DNA of 64,000 nucleotides from Macrostomum lignano (Eukaryota): NCBI GenBank assembly GCA_002269645.1, contig NIVC01000377.1, positions 18,623 to 82,622 of the forward strand, read 5' to 3'. Shown piece by piece: positions 12,001 to 21,076 of this stretch (position 1 is its first letter; each line of letters starts with the position of its first letter). The notes under the pieces were generated by a model. It saw only the letters and a program-made list of their open reading frames with translations, ran no database searches and was not told where the DNA came from. The position numbers and the translations under genes were made by a program.

Positions 12001-15000
12001 TTTGTTTTAGCCAATCAGCGATTAGGAGGGTCGAGGGCGAGAGATTTTTGCTTAGCCAATCAGTGACTTGCAGGGGAGAGGGAGAGAGAGCTATTGGTTA
12101 GCCAATCAGCGATTGGGAGGGTCAAGTAAGTTGCGGTAGAACAGTTTTGTCACTGACCAAAGATGTCAAATAAAGACTGTCCGCCGCTCCCTCTACAGGT
12201 GGACATCCAGCAGATCATGCTGCAGCGCCGGACCGCCCGCGAGGACCTGTGCGTCCCCAACCAGGAGAAGCTGGCCGAAATTCGCGAAACTCGCATGAAG
12301 GAGATCAAAATGGAAAGCATTATCAAGGAGATGCTGGCCTATTCAATCTTTGTACTGGTTGTGTTTTTCATCTCTTATCAGACTCGCAGCATTAATTCCT
12401 ACAAACTGGGCGACGTGATGCGAAACACCTTTACGAATAGCTTCGACAATTCCATCCAAAGCTACCAGGCATTCTACGACTACCTGAACAACACCCTGGT
12501 GCCTAAAATGTACGCTGGAGACTTCCCGGATGGGGTGAGTTCAGTCACTTCAGTGCCATCAATTATCTTATATTATTAGGCTCTGCTTCTCTGCATAATC
12601 GTTTACGAAGATTCTATTATGCGTAAACAAGGTCGGAGTCCTTGCCAAAGGGATAGATAAAGGTTTTTAGCTTAACCGAAAAGGATAAATTAATAGCCAA
12701 TCAGCGTCTAGCACAGGAGAGAGAAAGAACGTTTTTGGTTTAACCAGTCAGCGACTAGCTGCAGGAGAGGGAGAGAAAGTTTTGGTTTAACCAATCAGTT
12801 ACTAGCAGGAGAGTTGGAAGGAGAGTTTTTGGTTTGGCCAACAGCGGAGTTCTCGGGATAAAATAGGCAAGCATGCCGTCGCTCCCGCAGACGGTGGCTA
12901 CCTGGCGCGAGAAGATGGCCATCAACGACGGCAGCCGGGGCATCTTCCGCGTCGGCGTGCCCCGCCTGCGCCAGTTCCGCATCAAGGACAACACCTGCCG
13001 ACCGCCGGCCGTGTTCGACGCCATCATTGACAAGTCCTGCCGAGGCGGCTACAGCTGGCTGGATGACGATACGGCGCCGTACGAACCGATGTGGGAACCG
13101 ATGGAGCAGGACAAGTGGGCCTGGCAGAAGAAGAACGACACCTACAATACGCCTTTTGTGTACAGCTCCTCCTTTAAGCTGAAGGGTGAGTCACTCTTAT
13201 GTTTAGCTGATTTATGGATAAATTTTCCAGTGTCTGTAAAACTCTGTGAATTCACCTGTCTCTTATAACCCAATCGCAGTTTCTCAGCAGTATATTGAAA
13301 ATTCTATCATTTTTGGACTTTAAAAATATCAATGGTTCTCAAATTCCATTCGAGTCCAGTGATTGGTTACTGACCTTGAGCTCATCACCCTCCAACTCCC
13401 ATCGGTCGGACAGGCCTGCCCTTCATAGCCCAGGTGAACACTTACAAAGGCGGCGGTTACGTGTTCAACTTCCCGCGTACTGTGGAGGAGGTCCGGACTA
13501 AACTGGAGGAAATTTACGAACAGAACTGGCTGGACACACGCACGAGAGCTGTGTTTATCGAGTTCACCGTGTACAATGCTCCGTCCAACCTGTTCGCCTC
13601 CGTTATCATGGTGGCCGAGTTCATGCAGACTGGCAGCGCATTCACCTATTCAGAAGTGAAGGTAAGATTTTATGTCAAGTTCCCTTAGAAAGTACATTAT
13701 GAGGGCGTTACTCTAGAGTTCGATTCATAGACAACTGAAGTGGCAGGACGCGACGCTGGAGCTGGAGACCGTTACGGAACAGTGTATTTCAATCGAATTT
13801 GTCTATGGCAAAACCCCATTCAGCGCTATGTGTTCTCTTATCGGCCAGCAGCTCATTTCTAAGAAAACCTATTGTAGCTTCCGCCTCCAGCTCATTTCTA
13901 AGAAAACCGAGTGTAGCTCATTTCCGCCTCCAGCTCATTTCTAAGAAAACGAGTACGAGCTCATTTCTAAGTAGCCTCCGCCTCCAGCTCATTTCTAAGA
14001 AAACGAGTACAGCCTCCGCCTCCAGCTCATTTCTAAGAAAACCGATTGTAGCTTCCTTCTACTTCAGTTGTCTATGGTTCGATTCTCGTGCGCAGCCAAA
14101 TTAATTTGAAGTTTGTGAATGAAAATTAATCTGTGGCTTTTGTAATTCTCGACCATGATGTTTATAACGTCAGGGCCGCTGTGCACCCTGTGTGAGCGCG
14201 TGTCAGCCGAATGGGCATGAGTGCGTGCCTCCTGGCTGGCTGCGAGTCCACTACGAACCAATTCATATTTTTTCCGGTGTAAAATTCTCACGTACAAATA
14301 TCTTTGTTCCCCCTCCCTGTGGCCAGGTGTTCCGCCTGTTCTCCTACGTTGGTAGCTTCGGCGCGATCGTGCTGTTCATGGAGATCGTATTCGCCCTGTT
14401 CGTGCTGTACTTCAGCATCAGGGAAGGCCTGCTGATCAAGCGAGAGCGCTGCGCCTACTTCTCCGGCTTCTGGAACATCCTGGAGTTCGCGACTCTGTGC
14501 ATCACCGTCACTGCGGTGGTGATGTACGGCTTCAAGAAGATCTTGGCCAACATCGCCATGGGGGCGCTGGCCAACGCCAAGTCCTCCGACTATGTGAACT
14601 TCGGCTCGCTGGCCAGCTACGACGAGCTGTACACCTACATGGTGGGCATCGTGGTGTTCATCAGCACCGTGAAGTTCATCAAGATTCTGCGCTTCAACCG
14701 CCGAATGGGCATGCTGGGCGCCACCATCAAGCTGGCCTACAAGGATCTGCGCTCCTTTGTGTTCATGTTCGTCATCTACTTTGTGGCCTTCTGCTCCGCT
14801 GCCTACCTGATCTTCGGCACTAAGCTGCAGAACTATCGCTCCTTCTACGGCACACTGGGAGCGCTGTTCTCCATGGCTCTGGGAGTGTTCCAGTTCAAGG
14901 TGGGCAGCTCTGCTCTGATCTGCTTTACTGTCGGCTGTATTGCATTACAGATTGAGTACATTTTAAAGCCTTCCTTAATTCGTCTACTCTAACTCGGCTC

Positions 15001-16960
15001 TACTCAAGTCTTATTTATTAGATTTCACTATAATCTACTCTACTCCAGTGTGGTCTAGTCTAGTCTATTCTACTCTACTCTACTCTACTCTACTCTACTC
15101 TACTCTACTCTACTCTACTCTAATCCAAGATGTATATTCTATTCCACAGTCTACTTATTCTATTTCGCTGTCTACTCTTAACTGTACAAGAATGTAATGC
15201 ATTCTACTCTAATGATCTATCTATCTATCTATTCTGATCTATTTGTCTACTTTGTCTAATCTTCTTAAATTTGTCCGAATCTCCGTAACTCATCAGTTGC
15301 ATGCTTGATTGCAAGGTCCAGCCACAGATACTAGAATGACTAGATGGGCCACTCAGGCATATACTTAGTAAAACAGCTTTCTACTTTCAGTTCAGTAGCA
15401 AAGAAGAATGCATACGCTATTTTATAAAAATTAAGGCAGCTGAAATGACTAATAAGTTTTAGAAGCCCAAGCTTGCAGGCGTAAACAGCTTGCTAATTGG
15501 TTCAGCAATAATGTACATTAGCCAGTTAACTGAAATGTACATGGCTGGAATTCCGAGAAAGACAAATAAAAGTTGGGGTGCGCGGGGCTAGTATGGAATG
15601 GCGCGGTCGGAGGGTTTAAGCTGGGGGTCAAGAGCCAATAAATGAGAATTGGGTTTAAAATACATTAAAATGCTTCTGTTTAACTTACTACTGAACTGAA
15701 AGTAGCTTGCACACAAATGTACTGAGTGGCCCATCTAGTTATTCTAGTATCTGTGGGTACAGGGTGTACTTAGTTTCAAACTGCATCCGTACCAATATCC
15801 ACCTGAAATTGCTTATTTAGTTGCTAAGCATTTCACCGCCACACCGCAGGACCTGGTCGCCGTGAGCTCTCTACTAGGCCCACTGTTTTTCTTCTCCTTC
15901 ATCTGCCTGGTGACATTCGGCCTGCTGGGCATCTTCCTCACCATCATCAACGACTCGTTCGCCGTGGTCAAGGCCAACGCCAGCCTGCAGGGCAACGAAT
16001 ACGAGCTGGTTGAATTCATGACCAAACGGGTCAGGCAGCTGTTCGGCTGCAGGTGAGCCATTCTGCAACTGCTCGATATTGATTCACTTTGCTTTAACAC
16101 AGCAACAGCAGGGTGTGCTGTCATTAGAGATAAAGAAGCGGTTCTTGTTGCAAGGGCATCCATCCACTGTTCCCCTGACCCCCCCTGTCCCCTCCCTGTC
16201 CCCTGTCCCCTGTTCCCCTGTTCCCCTGTTGTCCCTGTTTCCCTGTTCCCTGTTCCCCTGTCCCTGTTCCCCTGTTCCCCTGTTCCCCTGTTCCCCTGTT
16301 CCCCCCTGTTCCCCTGTCCCCTGTCCCTGTTCCCCTGTTCCCCTGTTGTCCCCTGTCCCCTGTTCCCCCTGTTCCCCTGTTCCCCTGTTTCCCTGTTCCC
16401 CTGTCCCCCTGTTCCCCTGTTCATCTGTTCCCCTGTTCCCCTGTTCCCCTGTTCATCTGTTCCCCTGTTCCCCTGTTCCCCTGTTCCCCTGTTCATCTGT
16501 TCCCCTGTTCCCCTGTTCCCCTGTTCATCTGTTCCCCTGTTTTCCATGTTCCCCTGTTCCCATGTTCCCCTGTTCCCCTGTTACCCTGTTCCCCTGTTCC
16601 CCTGTTCCCCTGTTACCCTGTTCCCCTGTTACCCTGTTCCCCTGTTCCCCTTTTCCCCTGTTCCCCTGTTCCCTGTTCCCCTGTTCCCCCGTTCTCATGG
16701 CTCCCTGTCTACCAAAGTCCTTCAGTTTGGCTACAGCTAATCGTTTCTTGCTGGCAGCAAGCATAGTTCTGCACCAGGACTATTGATAAATGCTAATTAA
16801 TAATCAATATTTCAATTTTTTCAGCTCGATGGAAGGCAGCGGCTCGAAGTCGGAGGAGAATGACGGCGAAGATGAAGGCGAGGAGACAGGCGAAGTCGAG
16901 AGTCAGCTGGGCGGCAGTTCGCTGAATGTCAGCGGCAGCCTGAGCCGCCTGAAGCTGTGA
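1..16960 (+). CDS. PKD1L: Polycystin-1-like (PKD1L/REJ family) multi-pass receptor/channel subunit; 5' end lies outside the window; one frameshift at ~10827
   Basis: Hand-spliced GT-AG exons with consistent phases: <1-163, 661-3188, 3265-3423, 4470-4560, 5206-5482, 6376-6505, 6590-6734, 7360-7436, 8052-8202, 8624-9001, 9087-9217, 9679-10080, 10161-10321, 10610-10913, 11179-11650, 11729-11939, 12199-12534, 12891-13185, 13414-13661, 14327-14899, 15850-16052, 16825-16960 (TGA). Motifs: PKD domain (VDFGDG), REJ-like region (LTYGLYRL, CRDPDD), GPS (WKTDG..THLTSF), TM1, PLAT (YQISVMTG..LRIWHDNSG..SWYLDQV..FLCNNWL), polycystin channel region (GVPRLRQFRI, YKGGGYV, WLDTRTRAVFIEFTVYN, FLTIINDSF). Confidence 0.93.
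3567..3988. mobile_element. MITE family A, copy 1 (opposite orientation to copies 2-4)
   Basis: Begins cacaaatac..ggatgggccactca and ends ctgagtggcccatcc; internal sequence is the reverse complement of copies 2-4. Confidence 0.75.
3990..4212 (+). mobile_element. tRNA-derived CORE-SINE, copy 1 (5'-truncated, abutting MITE copy 1)
   Basis: B-box-like gattcgaatccc, CORE-like cacttaaccctgcatcgcttcagttcacccagctataaaatggg, and the 3' body shared with the other three copies. Confidence 0.75.
4642..5127. mobile_element. MITE family A, copy 2
   Basis: ctagatggggccactcag ... ctgagtggcttatct..atctgtg; internal sequence shared with copies 3 and 4; left end approximate. Confidence 0.75.
5590..6100. repeat. 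16-bp minisatellite (gtgatgtttcggtttt)n with a few inverted units at its left edge
   Basis: Tandem units read directly; atcacaaacccgaaatatc at ~5597 is the reverse complement of a unit. Confidence 0.9.
6773..7218. mobile_element. MITE family A, copy 3
   Basis: TIR cacagatac..gggccactcag / ctgagtggcccatctagttattctagtatctgta; flanked by ttttgcac / gtttgcac (candidate 8-bp TSD, 7/8 identical). Confidence 0.85.
7500..7790. repeat. 44-bp minisatellite (two related ~22-bp halves)
   Basis: tgatactgacactagtatacagaaatactgacacttggatacaa repeats with period 44. Confidence 0.85.
9272..9545. repeat. 48-bp minisatellite with ATTGG (CCAAT) motif, ~6 copies
   Basis: cgctgattggctggatttggaaatatctttctctccaaccctcctcat at 9276, 9324, 9372 and onward. 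Confidence 0.9.
13850..14055. repeat. Degenerate ~40-bp tandem repeat
   Basis: ccgcctccagctcatttctaagaaaac recurs about five times. Confidence 0.7.
15045..15125. repeat. (TACTC)n microsatellite
   Basis: Direct reading. Confidence 0.9.
15323..15755. mobile_element. MITE family A, copy 4
   Basis: ~34-bp TIR cacagatactagaatgactagatgggccactcag / ctgagtggcccatctagttattctagtatctgtg; flanks ggtccagc / ggtacagg (6/8). Confidence 0.85.
16165..16690. repeat. 8-bp (ttcccctg)n low-complexity array
   Basis: Direct reading; source of the spurious PCSPV and GNRGTGEQ ORFs. Confidence 0.9.
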
Positions 16961-17344
16961 GCAGCTCGAATCTCGAATATACAAACACGGATGAACAAGA
17001 AACGGATCAGAAATATTTTTGTCCCTGACCTGCCTGTCACGTTTAACGATAATCCGTCTTAATCGTTACTAATTAGATTCCCTCACCGCCGCATCCAGCA
17101 TGATGAAATAAATTAGCTTAGAAAAATCTAATTACTCACTTGAGATTCTTTGCGTTAGCAACGGAATGTTTACCTTGGTTACCGAGTAATTTCGAATGAT
17201 TTGAAAGTTATTCAGTGATTAAAACGTAAATTTAACGACTTTAAAGTCCAAGGTAAATTTTCCTATTTTCCTTATAAGAAGAGACAGAAAACCATGAAAA
17301 TTTCCTGTTTGAATGCCTATTTTCTCACAGCAAAACTTTTACTC

Positions 17345-17350
17345 AATAAA
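17345..17350 (+). terminator. Candidate polyadenylation signal for the PKD1-like gene
   Basis: AATAAA ~385 nt after the stop codon; inference only. Confidence 0.3.
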
Positions 17351-17540
17351 GATTTTTAACCAGCCATTTCGCGTCATTATTTTTAGCAACGCAAAAAATT
17401 ATTAACCAGTTTGTGAGTCCGTCTGTCTGTCTGATGACCGTCTTTAAAGCAAATTTCGAAAACAAATCGGCTACTGACTACAGTTAGTAGTGATATAAGC
17501 ATGCAGGCCGGTACAAGTAAAATATTTTAGAATAAAGGAT

Positions 17541-17967
17541 CACAAATACTAGAATAACTACATGAGCCACTCAGCGCGTCTAAGCTACTTTCAGTTCAGT
17601 AGTAAGTTAAACAAAAGCATTTTAATGTATTTTTAAAGCCAAGGCTCATTTATTAGCTCTTACCCCACAGCTTAAACCCTACAACCGCGCCTTTCCACAC
17701 TACCCTCCACGCACCCCATTTTTATTGCCTTTCTCGGAACTCCAGCCTAAAGCTGCCATGTACATTTCAGTGGACTGGCCAATGTACATTATTGCTGAAT
17801 CAATTAGCAAGTTGTTTACGCCTGCAAGCTTGGGCTTCTAAACTTATCAAAGTCATTTTAGCTGCCTTTATTTTTATAAAATAGCTTATGTATTCTTCTT
17901 TGCTACTGAACTGAAAGTAGAAAGCCGTTTTACTAAGTGGCCTATCTAGTTATTTTTGAATCTGTGG
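17541..17967. mobile_element. MITE family A, copy 5 (same orientation as copy 1)
   Basis: cacaaatactagaataactacatgagccactcag ... agtggcctatctagttatttttgaatctgtg. Confidence 0.8.
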
Positions 17968-18210
17968 AATAAATCGATGAAAAAATCACGCACTAAGTCA
18001 GTGAAAATTCTATCCGGAGACTTATCAATAATCATTAAAATGTTACACTCGCTACTTGAAATAGTAGAGTGTGTTGAGAAAAATTCTCAATGACTGCCTA
18101 CAGGACTATTGAGAGGTCGGATTGAATGTTCCACTGCTGCTTAATTCCAATTGTTTCTCCACCCACGGTGCAGTGGGAGTTGCCATCGCCTCAGGTAATT
18201 ATCTGACTAC

Positions 18211-19670
18211 TCAGCTGGCGTAGCCGTTCCGCAGGTAGTCTTTCACGATCTGCCGGTTGCAGCCGCTGCGGGGACAAATACGGAAGATGGCAAACTTCTG
18301 CTCCCGATCGCCTGTCAGCACTCGCTCGTGAACCAGGTAGGCCCGCCTCGATGAGGCGTAGATCGCGGCCCCGCACATGCCGCGGCTCCAGTGGCTCACA
18401 GGTATCGAGTAAGCGTAACGGTAGCTGCGGATTGGGCAGGGTTCCTTGGCAGTGGTCTGCTTTTTAAAGGTCTTCTTGAAGCGGTAGTGCTCCCCCCTTC
18501 TCAGCCAAACTCAATACGGTAGCTCGTAGATGGGGTTCTCACTAAAGTTCATCTTGCTCGGCATTATCATGCTTTCAACGAAATTTATAGACAGTGGCCC
18601 CATAACTAACTCTTGAGGCCTTGGCTGCATCCTGCTCTATTGGTTAATTAAATTCTTCTTTGCAGCACTTACTGGAAGTCAAAGGGTGTCAAAATCTGGC
18701 GATAAGTAGTCATGCTGGACAGCTGTCCGTGGTTGTAGCACTTCACCGGAATGTTCCTGCTGGCCTGGAAGTATTTCCGTGTCAGACTTGGAACCTGGCC
18801 GAAGGTGATATTTGTATTGCAAAAATCTGCATAGCATGACACTTCCGTGTATTCCACAATACGATTGAGCTCCCAGCACTCCTCGCTGTACGTGGCTTCG
18901 ACATCCTGGACGGAGACCAGCTTCTGGGCGCACACGGTCCTGCCCGGACATTGGCGACGACTTGCATCGGCGGCGATGAATGGCTGCATCAGGCGTTGGT
19001 ACTTCGCTTCGGCATCGCTGAACGGCGGATAGCGGTCCAGCTGCACCGAGGACTGGCCGCAGTCCTGCGTAAACCCATCGTCTATGGCTGCGTCCGGGGC
19101 GGGGTTGGGAGCGGTGTGTGAGAGCGAGCATTGCTATCTGATGGTCAGAGCTGCAGCATGCTGATGGGTGAGCATTGCTATCTGATGGTCAGAGCTGCAG
19201 CATGCTGATGGGTGAGCATTGCTATCTGATGGTCACAGCTGCAGCATGCTGATGGGTGAGCATTGCTATCTGATGGTCAGAGCTGCAGCATGCTGATGGG
19301 TGAGCATTGCTATCTGATGGTCAGAGCTGCAGCATGCTGATGGGTGAGCATTGCTATCTGATGGTCAGAGCTGCAGCATGCTGATGGGTGAGCATTGCTA
19401 TCTGATGGTCAGAGCTGCAGCATGCTGATGGGTGAGCATTGCTATCTGATGGTCACAGCTGCAGCATGCTGATGGGTGAGCATTGCTATCTGATGGTCAG
19501 AGCTGCAGCATGCTGATGGGTGAGCATTGCTATCGGTTGATGATCCAAAAAGTGTTTTAACTGAGAAGTGAGCATGCACACGTCAAATAAGAATACAATC
19601 GCTTCTCACATTGAGCGGTGCCTCCCGAGACAGCAGCAAGCAGCAGCAGCGGCAGAAGCACAGGCAGCAT
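18211..19670 (-). CDS. Secreted Cys-patterned protein, possibly two Ly6/uPAR (three-finger)-like modules; in-frame TGA in the last exon
   Basis: Exon 1 19670-19610 encodes the signal peptide MLPVLLPLLLLAAVSGGTAQ (donor GTGAGA, phase 1). Exon 2 19081-18673 (YDGFTQDCG..CPGRTVCAQ..EECWE..SCYADFCN..KCYNHG; donor GTAAGT, phase 2). Exon 3 ~18541-18211 (best acceptor CTTTAG; in-frame alternatives at 18571 and 18631) ends RICPRSGCNRQIVKDYLRNGYAS*. Codon usage is C/G-ending. The Ly6 call rests only on two C-x4-CN endings. Confidence 0.7.
19127..19535. repeat. 44-bp minisatellite, ~9 copies, in intron 1 of the secreted-protein gene
   Basis: agcattgctatctgatggtcagagctgcagcatgctgatgggtg, period 44. Confidence 0.92.
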
Positions 19671-21076
19671 TCTGAGTTGAGCCTTTCTATGGCAGCAGTG
19701 TCTCAGTATTTTCCAGCTGTGGGGATCGAACCGTCCCCGGGGCGCAATTTATACCCAGCAGAACCGCCTTCTGCATCCCGAATTTGCAAACAAAATTTTG
19801 ATACACCCGATAATGAGAGGAGGGAAGGCAGAAACGACTGAAAGACAGATATTTAAAACTTCATCTTGTTCGAAGTTGGAGGCACCGCCTCGGCATGCGT
19901 AAAACGGCAAGAGGGTGACTCCCAATCTGCGGATTTTGAAAGTTTTAAAGAAGTTATTGTATCATTTTCTGCTTGCTTTTGCGGCGAGGAGTTGGCATTT
20001 ACGGTCGCATTAAAAATGCCAGAGCTCCCTCTGGTACGGCAAACACGCATCAGCCAAATCCGCTGGGTTCGTGTGCCTGACTGGGGACATCGGGACTTAT
20101 TTCCTTGGAGATCCATTTTTCTATGCATTCGCTACATACTACTCTTCTGGCATCGTTAGGCGAGTAGTAATTTGTAGTACTAACTTTAGAATAACAGGTG
20201 GCACTAACTATAACAAGTTCAAACAAAACAAGCTCATGTGCAAGAAGCTGCTGAACTGATCAAGCGTGGATGATGCTGAGAAGGCAGAAGGCGCTGATCT
20301 GAGCATCCCCAATCGATGGCGATGCTTGAATTCTGAGTGCAAATTCTTCTCCCATTCCGCTTATTCAATTTAGTTTTCCATCTTATTCGCTTCCATCGCC
20401 TCTGTTTGCCTCTCAGGAATGTCAGGCAGGCGGATTCTATCCTCTACCTCCTCCCCTATCTGTGTGTGTATGGATGCACCCCAGTAGCAGGCAAGGTGGC
20501 GGCTCCCGCAGGCCGACGCCAGCAAGGTGAGGGCGGTGAGGTGGGGCAAAAATCGATAAGAAAAAGTTGGAAAAGAGAAGGAAGGCGTGTTGGGTGGAAC
20601 GGGGGATAAGATCCTTCGAATCGATTTCTACGAGAGGAGGGCTTGGAGGCCTCGGCACCACCTCCGCCCTGTTATGGCTGACGTGGTTCTGGCGGCTGCC
20701 GACTGTGTGTCTGCTTGCGTGTGTGTGTTTACCGCAATTCTAAACTGGGGCAGAGAGAGAGAGGGCCGCCGGTCGGTGGCAGCAAAGCTGAGCCAGCAGG
20801 GCGGGCTGAAATTCCGGCGGATGAAGGCGGGGGGGGGGGAAGCCGATGCATCCGGGATGGCGGCAGGGGGGATGGCGAAGGTTTATGAATTGGGTGGCGC
20901 GCTGATCGGCGCTGACCGACCCTCGTTTCTCTCTCTCTCTCCCTCTCTCTCTCTCTCTCTTCCACTTTCTCTTGATTTGCAGCGGCATATTCCACTAGCA
21001 GCAGCAGCAGCAGCAGCAGCAGCATCAGCGATCGCCAGTTAACTCAAGGACTCATAAAAAGAAATCATCTCAAAGC
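19671..21076. promoter_or_regulatory. Divergent intergenic/promoter region between the secreted-protein gene (-) and troponin T (+), with (CT)n and (GCA)n tracts
   Basis: Head-to-head start codons at 19670 and 21077; no transcription start evidence. Confidence 0.4.

Noticed and set aside
15813-16786. GNRGTGEQ and PCSPV ORFs
   Set aside because: Products of the 8-bp intronic array in the PKD1-like gene.
17425-17470. Hammerhead-like CTGATGA...GAAA
   Set aside because: Stem II cannot close and the flanking stems do not pair.
18000-18210. Possible SECIS downstream of the TGA-containing gene (minus strand)
   Set aside because: A small hairpin exists, but there is no RUGA/GA quartet with a proper helix II; not supported by eye.
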